Numbered from the stretch's first letter, positions 50,656-59,371 are shown. The stretch is DNA of 64,000 nucleotides from Candidatus Bathyarchaeia archaeon (GCA_049521795.1 JBEKOM010000001.1:726452-790451), one strand, 5' to 3'. Notes: generated by a model not told the origin, from the letters alone. A program made the numbers and translations.

Positions 50656-52155
50656 TTGCCGAAGAGATTATTCCTTGCAAGTGCGCTGGTTTTACTGGCT
50701 GTCAGCGTATGCATGGTCAGTCGAGGAACAGGTTCAGTTGCAAAACTCTCATCTCAAGGCATTGAGTCAGCTACGTCAGTAACCTTGCCGCCCTCGCTGA
50801 CGCTTTTAGGTGGTGCTTCCAAGTGGGCTGCTGGCAATGGTACAACGGCGTTGTATGTTGATTGGAAAGATAACTGGCTCATTCACCACTCAACAGACGG
50901 TGCCAACTGGGGTCCGTGGTCAGAAGAAGCAGGTTTGAACAATTTGCGATTCTCCGTGGGAAAAGCACTCACTGACTACGGACTGAACGTCGTGTACGCC
51001 GGTGACATACCAGAAAACCTGACGGGCTATGATTTGCTGGTCCTAGAAGCATACTATGCGGTCGAACCGAAACATGAGCCGCTCATACGAGATTTCATCC
51101 AAAACGGTGGAGGAGTAGTCCTCCTAGGCGGTGTTCCATCGTATCTGGTCGCGTACTGCAAAGATTATTGGCCCTACCGATTTGGCGGTTCCGACTTGGC
51201 TTCTATACAAGAATGGTTTGGTGCCTGGTACTATGTGAACACTGGGGGCTATGCTAACGTGACAGTCGACAATCCATTTAGTCTGCCATTGATGAAGGGC
51301 GATACACTGGTTGAGGGAACAGGATACAGCTGTGCATCTGTAACAGGGCTGAATAACAACAGTCAAACAGTGGCAGAGTGGGGAACGGGTGAAACGTTTG
51401 CCTTCAGTCACCTGTACGGCGGTGGGCGAGTTTACTATCAAGCATGGTACGACACGATATCCATGATCTACGTGGAGAACGTAACAATCGCGCCTAACGT
51501 TCCGACATACTCGGACAACGTTGTAGTGTCTGCAGTCATCAAAGACGGTTTAGGCGTGAACCAAGCATTTCTAAGCTACAGCACTGGGGCAGAATGGCAA
51601 AACGTGACGATGAGTCTGTCAGGCGACACGTACAGAGCAACGATACCTGCTCAACCATACGGAACCGTCGTAGGATACAGAGTCTACGCGAACGACACTT
51701 TGGGAAGATGGTTGACTTCTGAAACGTACTCTTACAAGGTCGCTGATCTAACTCCGCCAGAAATCACGGCGATCGTCTGGTCACCCCAGCAACCGTCGTC
51801 AAACGACACAGTGGAAGTCTCGGCGAATGTTAGTGAACCGTCCACTGCAAGCGGAGTGGACGCTGTACTGTTCTCTTACTTAGACAGCAACAGTCAATGG
51901 TGGAATACTACGATGATCCAGGATCAACAAAGCCAGCTTTGGAAAGTCATTGTTCCACGGCAATCGCACAACACAATCGTAGAATTCTACATCACTGCAT
52001 ACGACAAAGCTGGAAATATGGCGATCAACAACAATTCCGGAGAATACTACGTTTACACGATCTTGCCCGAGTTCACATCAACCGCAGTGCTGCTGCTTGC
52101 TCTAACTTTGACAGCGCTTACCATGGTACTTGCAAAGAAAAAGATGCGCAAATAG
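50656..52155 (+). CDS. Secreted protein with class-I-GATase-like and Ig-like domains and a PEF-CTERM sorting signal
   Basis: Signal peptide; YDLLVL...DFIQNGGGVVLLG; two Ig-like repeats; C-terminal PEF-TM-basic tail. Confidence 0.75.
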   Translation: MPKRLFLASALVLLAVSVCMVSRGTGSVAKLSSQGIESATSVTLPPSLTLLGGASKWAAGNGTTALYVDWKDNWLIHHSTDGANWGPWSEEAGLNNLRFSVGKALTDYGLNVVYAGDIPENLTGYDLLVLEAYYAVEPKHEPLIRDFIQNGGGVVLLGGVPSYLVAYCKDYWPYRFGGSDLASIQEWFGAWYYVNTGGYANVTVDNPFSLPLMKGDTLVEGTGYSCASVTGLNNNSQTVAEWGTGETFAFSHLYGGGRVYYQAWYDTISMIYVENVTIAPNVPTYSDNVVVSAVIKDGLGVNQAFLSYSTGAEWQNVTMSLSGDTYRATIPAQPYGTVVGYRVYANDTLGRWLTSETYSYKVADLTPPEITAIVWSPQQPSSNDTVEVSANVSEPSTASGVDAVLFSYLDSNSQWWNTTMIQDQQSQLWKVIVPRQSHNTIVEFYITAYDKAGNMAINNNSGEYYVYTILPEFTSTAVLLLALTLTALTMVLAKKKMRK

Positions 52156-52249
52156 GCGATCAGACTCAACTTGTTCTTTCCTTTCGCAGGTCTTTCCCCA
52201 GTGGGCGGCCTGTCTAATCTGAGTTTGCCTGACGCTGGGCATCATCGCC
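52155..52249 (-). ncRNA. Candidate second box C/D-like sRNA
   Basis: GGCG-AUGAUGC ... CAGA ... CUGA-UCGCC with a terminal stem; C' box unclear. Confidence 0.35.
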
Positions 52250-52264
52250 AAAAACCCTATTATT
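52250..52264 (+). promoter_or_regulatory. Probable native BRE/TATA promoter of the target C/D sRNA
   Basis: AAAAACC-CTATTATT centred about 25 nt upstream of attL start 52286. Confidence 0.5.
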
Positions 52265-52285
52265 CGGTTACACATGCTTGAACTA

Positions 52286-52307
52286 GGGGATGATGTCGCC
52301 GTCCCAG
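52286..52307 (+). repeat. attL direct repeat GGGGATGATGTCGCCGTCCCAG
   Basis: Identical to 60375-60396. Confidence 0.92.
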
Positions 52308-52407
52308 CCTTAGGGCTTAGTAATCCTGTTGATTGTGTTTGATTATTGTCTTGGTTGATGATGTTCTCCTCTGTTTTACCCTGTGTTTCTGTCTCTCCTG
52401 TTGTCAT
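52286..52407 (-). pseudogene. int(N): N-terminal fragment of the integrase split at att
   Basis: ATG 52407 with GGTGA SD; reads MTTGETETQ...KA-GTATSSP through att in the same frame as int(C). Confidence 0.8.
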
Positions 52408-52417
52408 TCTTTCACCT

Positions 52418-52495
52418 TCAAAAGTTTTGAAGTTCTATTTCTGCCCCTAGTTGGGCATATCTTAATTCCTCTTCGGTTCTATTTTGTGTTCTCAT
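52418..52495 (-). CDS. 25-aa ORF upstream of int(N) (MRTQNRTEEELRYAQLGAEIELQNF)
   Basis: ATG...TGA ending at the int(N) SD; below the ORF-track cutoff. Confidence 0.3.
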   Translation of the reverse strand: MRTQNRTEEELRYAQLGAEIELQNF

Positions 52496-52560
52496 TTTTT
52501 CACGTTCCTATTTACTCATGATGCTTCATCTTTCCGTTGTTTTCGGGACGAGGGAACAAT

Positions 52561-52699
52561 AAATTTTTTGGGACGGTGGGGTTCCCGAAAAGTTTATGTT
52601 TCCGAGGACTTTTTCCACCTTTTGCGTGGAAGGGGCAAGGGGAAACACTAGTAAGGGTTTCCCTGTCGAGAGTGTTAGAAGTCATGTGACTATACATGA
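52561..52699. other. Cluster of four stem-loops (candidate replication origin or regulatory structure)
   Basis: TTTTTGGGAC/GTTCCCGAAAA; TTCCAC/GTGGAA; GGGAAAC/GTTTCCC; TCATGT/ACATGA in a non-coding stretch. Confidence 0.35.
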
Positions 52700-52840
52700 T
52701 TTCAAGATAGTTACTATGTGTTTTTTGATTCTGTTCGATTAAGGCGCGCGCTGAGTAGGTAAAACTGACGCTGTTCTATGATTTTAAATACAAGTTATAG
52801 CAAACATCCCAAAATACAACTATAAAGGGAGGTGGCTTGA

Positions 52841-53164
52841 ATGGCTAGATTTTTAATAACTTGGCACATAAATCCGTCAGAACCATGGCCTACAGACCCT
52901 TCTAAGCGCTTAGAAATGGAAGAGAAGAATTGGGCAATGCTGGATGGAATGATGAAGAAGGGCGAGATGGAAGAGTGGGGGATTTTCCCAGAAGTACACA
53001 GTGGATACTTAATCGGCAAAGGGGAAGCTGTAGACGCGCTCAGAAACGTGAGCATGTTCTTCCCTCACATTGTCTGCGAGGTACATGAGATCATACCGTA
53101 CGAGAAATACAAAGAAACCCTAAGAGCAGTTCGAAAAGCTCAAATCGCAGCAATAAAGAAGTAA
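52841..53164 (+). CDS. DUF3303-like small dimeric alpha/beta-barrel protein
   Basis: MARFLITW...EWGIFPEVHSGY...EVHEII; GGAGGTGG SD and TATA upstream. Confidence 0.7.
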   Translation: MARFLITWHINPSEPWPTDPSKRLEMEEKNWAMLDGMMKKGEMEEWGIFPEVHSGYLIGKGEAVDALRNVSMFFPHIVCEVHEIIPYEKYKETLRAVRKAQIAAIKK

Positions 53165-53291
53165 GCCTTCATCTCCACAAACCATATTCTCTTTCTCTTT
53201 CTAGTTTATGTCCCTTGATCAAACAGAATCTGTTTTTTGTGTTTGTGCTGGTTAGGATCGCCATAACTTATTGTCTACTCGTGGCGCGCGC

Positions 53292-53432
53292 TCATTTGAG
53301 CAGGTCAGATAGTTCTGACACTTTCTTGTTGACTTGCTCGACGGAATCCTTCAATCGTTGAAATTGTTCTGGATACTTCTTCATCACTGCAATGAATTGT
53401 TTTGTTGCTTCGGGAGAAAGCTTTTCCCGCAT
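53292..53432 (-). CDS. 46-aa helical protein (MREKLSPEATKQFIAVMKKYPEQFQRLKDSVEQVNKKVSELSDLLK)
   Basis: Manual translation; amphipathic/coiled-coil pattern; follows the wHTH gene. Confidence 0.45.
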   Translation of the reverse strand: MREKLSPEATKQFIAVMKKYPEQFQRLKDSVEQVNKKVSELSDLLK

Positions 53433-53465
53433 TTGCCGTGCGCGCGCGAGAGGATATCAGCATGT

Positions 53466-54113
53466 TCACCCATCGGTTTTTACCTTGTCATCGTTCGACT
53501 TTGAAGTCGACATTTGAATATTCCAATCCTTCATGAAATCTTGAAATTGTTCATCTGTAGCTACACGCGAAGCTTCTGACATGATGACAGTAAACAACGT
53601 CTCGTTGCTGATTACGTCAAAATTGACAACACCTGTTTGGATGAGACCCTTGACAAAATTCGACAGTTCAATCCAATCATCAAAGGTGGTGAGCGTCTGG
53701 ACGGTCTTGTCTATTCCTTCAAAGGGTCGATAGTTGACACCACTTGCGCTAATGGTTACATCAGATAATGCACTGAAGTGTTCTTTAATGAACTTGGAAA
53801 AAAAGTCGAGAGTCTCAGCCCATTTGTTACTCAATGGTTTGGGAGTCTTCTGAATCAGGATAGCCACAATTATGCCTTTGAACCGTAAACACCATTTTTT
53901 GCCTGCTTTGTCGAGGTATCCTTTCTTTTCTAGGCTTCTTAGCCTCTTGTTGAGTGTTGCATGAAGACTGACTTTTCCAACGTTTTGGATTTTTCCAGTG
54001 ATTTCCCAAGCGGTCAGGGGACCGTTGTCATACAAGATGCTCAGAATTTGAATGTTATGTTTTGCTTGTTTTCCTTGTAAGATACCGATTAGTTTCATAT
54101 AGCTTTTGACCAT
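53466..54113 (-). CDS. Winged-helix DNA-binding protein (probable element regulator)
   Basis: ILSILYDNGPLTAWEI...LNKRLRSLEKKGYL...WCLRFKG; divergent from the rep operon. Confidence 0.75.
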   Translation of the reverse strand: MVKSYMKLIGILQGKQAKHNIQILSILYDNGPLTAWEITGKIQNVGKVSLHATLNKRLRSLEKKGYLDKAGKKWCLRFKGIIVAILIQKTPKPLSNKWAETLDFFSKFIKEHFSALSDVTISASGVNYRPFEGIDKTVQTLTTFDDWIELSNFVKGLIQTGVVNFDVISNETLFTVIMSEASRVATDEQFQDFMKDWNIQMSTSKSNDDKVKTDG

Positions 54114-54123
54114 GTTCTCAACC

Positions 54124-54158
54124 GCTATATCGCAATATTGCTATTCCAAAGCTATATC
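54124..54158. promoter_or_regulatory. Candidate operator in the divergent wHTH/rep promoter
   Basis: Direct repeats GCTATATC (54124, 54151) and palindrome GCAATATTGC (54132-54141). Confidence 0.4.
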
Positions 54159-54270
54159 TTCACTCATGGTTAAGCTTTTTGTTAGGTCGATTGTATGTTG
54201 ATGCAGATCAGTGCGGGCTTTGGGATCAGCTTCTTCCTTAGCCTTTCTCGATGGTGTTGGAGGGCTCTTG

Positions 54271-54423
54271 ATGTCTAGGTCTAAATGCTCTGGTTTGTTG
54301 TGTCCTTTTGATGAGTTGCCATGCGAGATTGTCTCGTCCTGTGATGAAATTTTGCTTGTGCTTTACGGCGTCAAACCAGAATGGTACTGTTCCCGTGCTG
54401 TTTTGAAGGTTGTGAAGAAATGA
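54271..54423 (+). CDS. Small Cys-rich protein coupled to rep
   Basis: GGAGGG SD, 5 Cys in 50 aa, ATGA overlap with the rep start at 54420. Confidence 0.55.
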   Translation: MSRSKCSGLLCPFDELPCEIVSSCDEILLVLYGVKPEWYCSRAVLKVVKK

Positions 54424-55397
54424 GCGCAGATAATTCCGTCGTGTTCAAGGCAGGGTTGACTGAGGAGGGAGATAGGTCTGGCGCTGTCGGAGAGCCAAAG
54501 GTTTGGGGACTGCACGGCTGTTTCTTGCTGGTCGGAAACGGGAATGTGACCAATTCACGGTGCGGGACTTTTGGGAGTCATTGGGGTTGTGTACGTGTCG
54601 AATTACATGACAAGATTACCTTGGACGGGCACAATCATAAAGGGAAGGTGTACGTGCAAAAAGTGTTCAACAGCTGCGACAAACCTTCATGCCCTGTTTG
54701 CTATAAGAAGGGCTGGGCCGTTCGTCAAGCTGGCAGGATCGAGGCACGCTTAAAAGAGGCTGCGAAACGTTTTGGTCAAGTCGAGCATATCGTGATCAGC
54801 GTTCCCGTAAAGGATTATGACCTAGACTTGAGATGTCTACGGAAGAAGGTTATTGAGATCCTGATCAGTTGTGGTGTCGTCGGCGGTTGCATAATTTTCC
54901 ACGGTTTCCGATATAGACGGGCAAAAGGCTGGTATTGGAACGTTCACTTTCACATCTTAGGCTTCGTTCTCGGGGGTTACAGTCGTTGTCGGCACTGCAC
55001 GGGCGGGAATTGCTATTCGTGTGATGGCATCGAGGGGAGGCTGTATAGGGTCTATCGGGACAGTGGCTACATCGTTAGGGTCTTGGACGAACGTAAAACT
55101 GTTGGCGGTACAGCTTGGTACCAGTTGAACCATGCGACCGTGAAGGCTGGCGCTAAATGCTTTCGTGTCGTTACTTGGTTTGGCGTTTGCAGCTACCGTA
55201 AATTGAAAGTTTCTCCTGAATTTCGTCGCCGTTTCTGTCCGATCTGTCAACATGACTTAGAGAGGCTTCGCTATTTCGGTTCCAAAGATTGGTTCTCTGG
55301 CGAGTTTGAAAAGAAAAGCAACTTTGAGGCTGGCTATTTCGAGAACGGGCAACCTGTTTGGTTCGTGGATACTAGACCCGAACGTTCGGACGAATAG
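54420..55397 (+). CDS. rep: Rolling-circle replication initiator, HUH endonuclease (SNJ1 RepA-like) with zinc fingers
   Basis: Motif I HIVISVP, motif II HFHILG, motif III YQLNH; CDKPSCPVC, CRHC-CYSC and CPIC. Confidence 0.8.
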   Translation: MSADNSVVFKAGLTEEGDRSGAVGEPKVWGLHGCFLLVGNGNVTNSRCGTFGSHWGCVRVELHDKITLDGHNHKGKVYVQKVFNSCDKPSCPVCYKKGWAVRQAGRIEARLKEAAKRFGQVEHIVISVPVKDYDLDLRCLRKKVIEILISCGVVGGCIIFHGFRYRRAKGWYWNVHFHILGFVLGGYSRCRHCTGGNCYSCDGIEGRLYRVYRDSGYIVRVLDERKTVGGTAWYQLNHATVKAGAKCFRVVTWFGVCSYRKLKVSPEFRRRFCPICQHDLERLRYFGSKDWFSGEFEKKSNFEAGYFENGQPVWFVDTRPERSDE

Positions 55398-55429
55398 CGG
55401 TAGCTCTGCATGTTAGGTTGCTGGTCTCC

Positions 55430-55576
55430 ATGGGCAAGATACGATTGTATGTTCAGGTTCGCAAGCAGGGTTGTCGTATTGAGTCTGTACCTTTGAAGCG
55501 TTTGCTTGAGCTGTCGGGTTTTCGCAAAAAGCGTTGGGAGTTTAGGGATGGTTGGTTGATTCTTGAAGCTTTCTAG
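55430..55576 (+). CDS. 48-aa possible AbrB/MazE-like DNA-binding protein
   Basis: MGKIRLYVQVRKQGCRIESVPLKRLLELSGFRKKRWEFRDGWLILEAF; beta-beta-alpha-beta-beta pattern downstream of rep. Confidence 0.45.
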   Translation: MGKIRLYVQVRKQGCRIESVPLKRLLELSGFRKKRWEFRDGWLILEAF

Positions 55577-56099
55577 TGTTTCTGGCCAGAAATGTTCCAA
55601 CAATTTCTCTAAGCTCATTAATTGTTAGATAACCTTGAGGAGGCGGAGTTGCTTGCCAGACCATTACCGACATGGTTTTTGGAGGTTCTCTTCTCTCATC
55701 AATTGCCATATAGACTTGAAAAATACATGTCTCACTGAATCCGCTTGCGCGAACAATCTCAACTAGTTGACCATTGCCCAACGTTTCGTCAAATATGGCA
55801 ATCTTGCATTGAAACAATAGACGAAGAGTGAGTTCTCTGGTCTTTTCAAAGGGAATATCGAAATCGTAAGCAATTATTGGTTGCAGGTTACTCTCTAGCA
55901 CAACACTGGCGATCTCCCGAAGAATAGGCATTAAGGCGTAGTTGCCGCCAATAAATACTCGGTTCTCGATTTTTCCTGGAGGGGCGTCAACAGAATACCT
56001 AGATATCTCGAATGTTTGAGAACTAGCTTCTCTTGATTCCAAGGATAGTTCGGATGTCTTCGCTTCTGTCTTAGCGCGCGCGCTCTTTTCGGCGACCAT
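55542..56099 (-). CDS. TIR-like / nucleoside 2-deoxyribosyltransferase-fold protein
   Basis: RVFIGGNY, CKIAIFDET and GQLVEI (catalytic-position Glu) fit a flavodoxin-like TIR/NDT pattern. Confidence 0.55.
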   Translation of the reverse strand: MVAEKSARAKTEAKTSELSLESREASSQTFEISRYSVDAPPGKIENRVFIGGNYALMPILREIASVVLESNLQPIIAYDFDIPFEKTRELTLRLLFQCKIAIFDETLGNGQLVEIVRASGFSETCIFQVYMAIDERREPPKTMSVMVWQATPPPQGYLTINELREIVGTFLARNTRKLQESTNHP

Positions 56100-56119
56100 T
56101 TATCAGTGGCCGACCTTTG

Positions 56120-56416
56120 CTAGGATCCCTTTCCAAAACGAAACTCAACTTTCTCTGTTTGGCCAGCTTTGATCTCGATTGATACACTTTCAGAAATTAG
56201 GCTTCCTAGAATCCCTCGCACTTTGTACTTTCCAGGCTTCAGTGGGATTATCTTTTCATCTTCCGCCTGTACTGGAGTTGACGTCAAGAACGATCCATCT
56301 TCTGAGGAAATGTTCAATGCCGTCCTGACAAAAGCTAGTGCTTCTGCCGTGTAACGGTCTATAGTAATTTTTGCGGATAAGAAGCCAGTCGGGGTCACAA
56401 CAGACGTATCAGGCAT
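56120..56416 (-). CDS. Small beta-sandwich protein (prealbumin/PEGA-like), no signal peptide
   Basis: LKPGKYKVRG...VSIEIKAGQTEKVEF; GGTGA SD; 20 nt upstream of the TIR-like gene. Confidence 0.6.
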   Translation of the reverse strand: MPDTSVVTPTGFLSAKITIDRYTAEALAFVRTALNISSEDGSFLTSTPVQAEDEKIIPLKPGKYKVRGILGSLISESVSIEIKAGQTEKVEFRFGKGS

Positions 56417-56688
56417 ATTTCACCACGAAGGCAAATACGTTTCGATTGAGTATAACTCTTTTGTGGGCAGATAGTTGCGTGCACTCATCGCAACGATAGG
56501 AGATTTTTTTTCTGTGTGCATATTCATTTTTTGAATATTGTGTTGCCTCCAATTGCGCGCGCGCTAGGCGTTTTTTCCGAACTGTGGATTTCTCGCCGTG
56601 GAGAGACCGTGAGCATGTTTGATGAAGATGGCAAACCGCTCTGGGAAATCGTTGCAGAAAGAAGGTTCGAAGGAGGTTAGCGGTAGCC

Positions 56689-57021
56689 ATGAATCGTCAA
56701 TATAGGCGCAGAATCAAACGCGAATGGGATAAGATTAGGTTGGACAGAGTTTGTACCAAGTTTGTCGAGCGCAACAGCCTGTTTACTCTTCCCCATGTGA
56801 TTGCTTTTCAAGCGGTCAAGGTTGGCGATGATTTAATGTGTGTTTACCACTTGGGCATGTTCAGTTTCAAGGAAGGTTATGGTTATCTTGAATGTCTTAC
56901 GGTTTGCCAATTTGTTGTTAGTCTTTTCAGAAGTTTAGGTTCTGTCGAGCTCGGTTTTGTTTCTGAGGAAGAATTGGAAATAGGAGAAGAGATTGAATTG
57001 GTGAAATGTGTCCTAAGATAG
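56689..57021 (+). CDS. Hypothetical protein
   Basis: 110-aa ORF starting MNRQYRR with an upstream GGAGGT. Confidence 0.5.
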   Translation: MNRQYRRRIKREWDKIRLDRVCTKFVERNSLFTLPHVIAFQAVKVGDDLMCVYHLGMFSFKEGYGYLECLTVCQFVVSLFRSLGSVELGFVSEEELEIGEEIELVKCVLR

Positions 57022-57255
57022 GAGAATTCGGGGAGATTATGAAAATATTGTTTTTTTGTGTTCTGTTACCTCTGTATCGGATAGCTCAACGTGTTAGTTT
57101 TCCTCGGATGAACCTTTCAAAACGAGCCGCGCGCGCTTTCTGGTGGGTGCGTCCATCAGCAGCGGTTTTTTTGTATCTTTAACTGAGAGTTGGGAAACCT
57201 TAAATTAGTAGTCGCTGTGAGAAACCCATTGGTGTAACCTCCTTCTGGCGAAAAA

Positions 57256-58545
57256 ATGGACAAAGCCTTTCTGCAACGTCTTGACAAGTCCGAGTCTTCG
57301 CGCATTGAAGAGTTGACGGCGAAAAGCAAGGAAAAAGAGACTAATGCCATTGCATTTCTCAAAAGCGAGATAGTGAGAAGAACTCTGCAACAAGGACCAC
57401 AAAATTTCCTCTCTGGCTTTGATGAAAATGTATTGCCAAATTTAGTACCTTTCAGTGACCGTACATTTGTTGAAATTTGTCCCACTTGTAAATGTGTTCA
57501 ATCACCACTCTTGCTCGTTCCTTATCTTGAGAGAGATTTAGTCGTACCAATTCTCGACTCAGATTATATTGATTATGCTCCAGCGTTTGTGGAGACTATT
57601 CTAAGATATCCAAGTATTTCCGCATGCGAATTCTATGGAATTCGTCAGGTCGCTTTACAGAACAAATCAAGCACCATTTCCTCCAGCGAGGTCAATTCAG
57701 TTAGGAAAGGATGCTTATCATCAAGCGAAAAAAGTGATTTTTGCAAAGCTGCAACTATTAATGCAGTTATTGATGACTTTGTTCCTTATTACAATTCAGA
57801 TTTGCCTTTTCTGTTAGAATTGCTTGAAACAATACAAAGAAGGAATAGGGAACGTTTCAAACAGTTATATGAGCTTTCCTATTTGGTGTCGGGGTTTAGA
57901 TGTAGTCAAGCATTTTCTTTTGTGCCACAAGTAGAACTCAAGAGCATGGAGGCATTGACTCATATACCAGAACAATATCGAGGCATGGAATTTTCATCTA
58001 CAGATGTAAGAAACGTGATAATGGATGGACTAAAAATATCTTACAATCCATCTATTCCGCTGGAAACCTATTTAGACATAGTAACTGAACACAGATCAAG
58101 AGTTCAAAGCCTCGTTAGAGAACTAATGGGAAATCTTACCAAAACAAACTCCTTATCAGAATTGCAGATAGAACTTGAAAAAATTAACGCTGAAGTTCGA
58201 GGTCTCCAAAAATCAAATAAAGCGAAGGTGTTGGATTTTGTCACGAATTTCGCGGTTCAAAACAAAGGTAGCATTATTGCTGGTCTAATTACAGCTGCTA
58301 GCATTGGTCTAATGGGATTTGGACTTGTAGGATGTGGAGCAGGGGTTCTTTCCAGCCTAGGTGCCAAGGCTGTCTCAAAAAAAGCCTCAATATCGATACC
58401 TGCTGAAGGCAAAATTCTTGCTCATAGAGTTACAACTTACTTTGGGCCGTCTTATGAAAAGCTACTTGCTGCAACCCTTTCGACCGACCTCCAAGCAGTG
58501 CAGATTTGGCGGCTCCAAAAAACCTTGTCAAAAAAGCCTTCTTGA
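57256..58545 (+). CDS. Hypothetical 429-aa protein with C-terminal coiled coil and Gly-rich TM hairpin
   Basis: Long AT-rich ORF; hydrophobic IIAGLITAASIGLMGFGLVGCGAGVLSSLG. Confidence 0.8.
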   Translation: MDKAFLQRLDKSESSRIEELTAKSKEKETNAIAFLKSEIVRRTLQQGPQNFLSGFDENVLPNLVPFSDRTFVEICPTCKCVQSPLLLVPYLERDLVVPILDSDYIDYAPAFVETILRYPSISACEFYGIRQVALQNKSSTISSSEVNSVRKGCLSSSEKSDFCKAATINAVIDDFVPYYNSDLPFLLELLETIQRRNRERFKQLYELSYLVSGFRCSQAFSFVPQVELKSMEALTHIPEQYRGMEFSSTDVRNVIMDGLKISYNPSIPLETYLDIVTEHRSRVQSLVRELMGNLTKTNSLSELQIELEKINAEVRGLQKSNKAKVLDFVTNFAVQNKGSIIAGLITAASIGLMGFGLVGCGAGVLSSLGAKAVSKKASISIPAEGKILAHRVTTYFGPSYEKLLAATLSTDLQAVQIWRLQKTLSKKPS

Positions 58546-58620
58546 ATAGCTCGCACCTAGATGATAAGCGCGGGGGTTTTGAGACCATCGGTTTCTTGTC
58601 ATATCGTCTGGAACGTGCGA

Positions 58621-58640
58621 GGCGGAGCGCAAGCGACGCC
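58621..58640. other. GGCG-GA-GC-GCAA-GC-GA-CGCC hairpin
   Basis: Stem with tandem G.A mismatches and a GCAA loop, between convergent genes. Confidence 0.35.
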
Positions 58641-58693
58641 GAGTGAACTTGAAGCCATCGAAAATGACATCAGAGAATTTAGATTACAAACGC

Positions 58694-59371
58694 TCACTCA
58701 TATAATTTTTTGAATTTTTCTAGTGGCTGAGATTTCTGTGAACCAGTTAACTCTTCAAGATTTTTGTTTGCCTTTTCCATCTCTTTTTTTGTTTCATCCA
58801 TTTTTTTCACAATTTCGGAAGTTTCTTTGTTGGTAGGTTCCTTTTGCTTTTTAAGTGATTCCAAAAAATGTGTTTTGCAAAGGGATAAACCAGAATTGAT
58901 GTATTCTGCATGGTCATGACAACGAACGCATTTAAAGCTCAATAAGTTACCATGCCATCGCAATCGAACAAACTGGTTCTGGTCAATTACTAAAATTTTT
59001 GGGAGTTCAAGTTGTTTGTTATTTTTGCTTTGAACAAATTCATTAATTTGCATTAGATGTTGCTCTTCTTCATCGATGGTTTCAATGTCCCCATTTCCAT
59101 TGACACAAAGAGTTTGATAGGGAAGGTGGATACAAGAGGGTTTGGCTTTGAGTTTCTTTACAATATATGTGTATATCTTTTCAAATTCTTCTTTATCAAC
59201 GTCGTTCACTAGAAGGCGTTCGTGCCCAAAAACATCCATTGGGGGAATTCCGTATACTTCAATGTCGTTGGATACAAAGAATTTTTCTAGCTTTTCAGTT
59301 CTCTTTGCAATTGTATTAATTGGCTTCTTATCTTCATTGAAGTCAACGATTACACGCATTCTTTTCCCCAA
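58694..59371 (-). CDS. Hypothetical protein with a CxxC-x13-CxxH zinc finger and C-terminal coiled coil
   Basis: CVRCH...LCKTH; K/E-rich tail. Confidence 0.65.
   Translation of the reverse strand: MGKRMRVIVDFNEDKKPINTIAKRTEKLEKFFVSNDIEVYGIPPMDVFGHERLLVNDVDKEEFEKIYTYIVKKLKAKPSCIHLPYQTLCVNGNGDIETIDEEEQHLMQINEFVQSKNNKQLELPKILVIDQNQFVRLRWHGNLLSFKCVRCHDHAEYINSGLSLCKTHFLESLKKQKEPTNKETSEIVKKMDETKKEMEKANKNLEELTGSQKSQPLEKFKKLYE

Noticed and set aside
52286-52307. att repeat as a tRNA fragment or CRISPR repeat
   Set aside because: No T-loop (GTTCRA) or CCA-type tRNA features on either strand. Only two copies 8 kb apart, with no spacers or cas genes.
52102-52407. 101-aa ORF as an independent gene
   Set aside because: Only the first ~41 codons belong to int(N)/att; the rest is read-through into host DNA overlapping the PEF-CTERM gene end.
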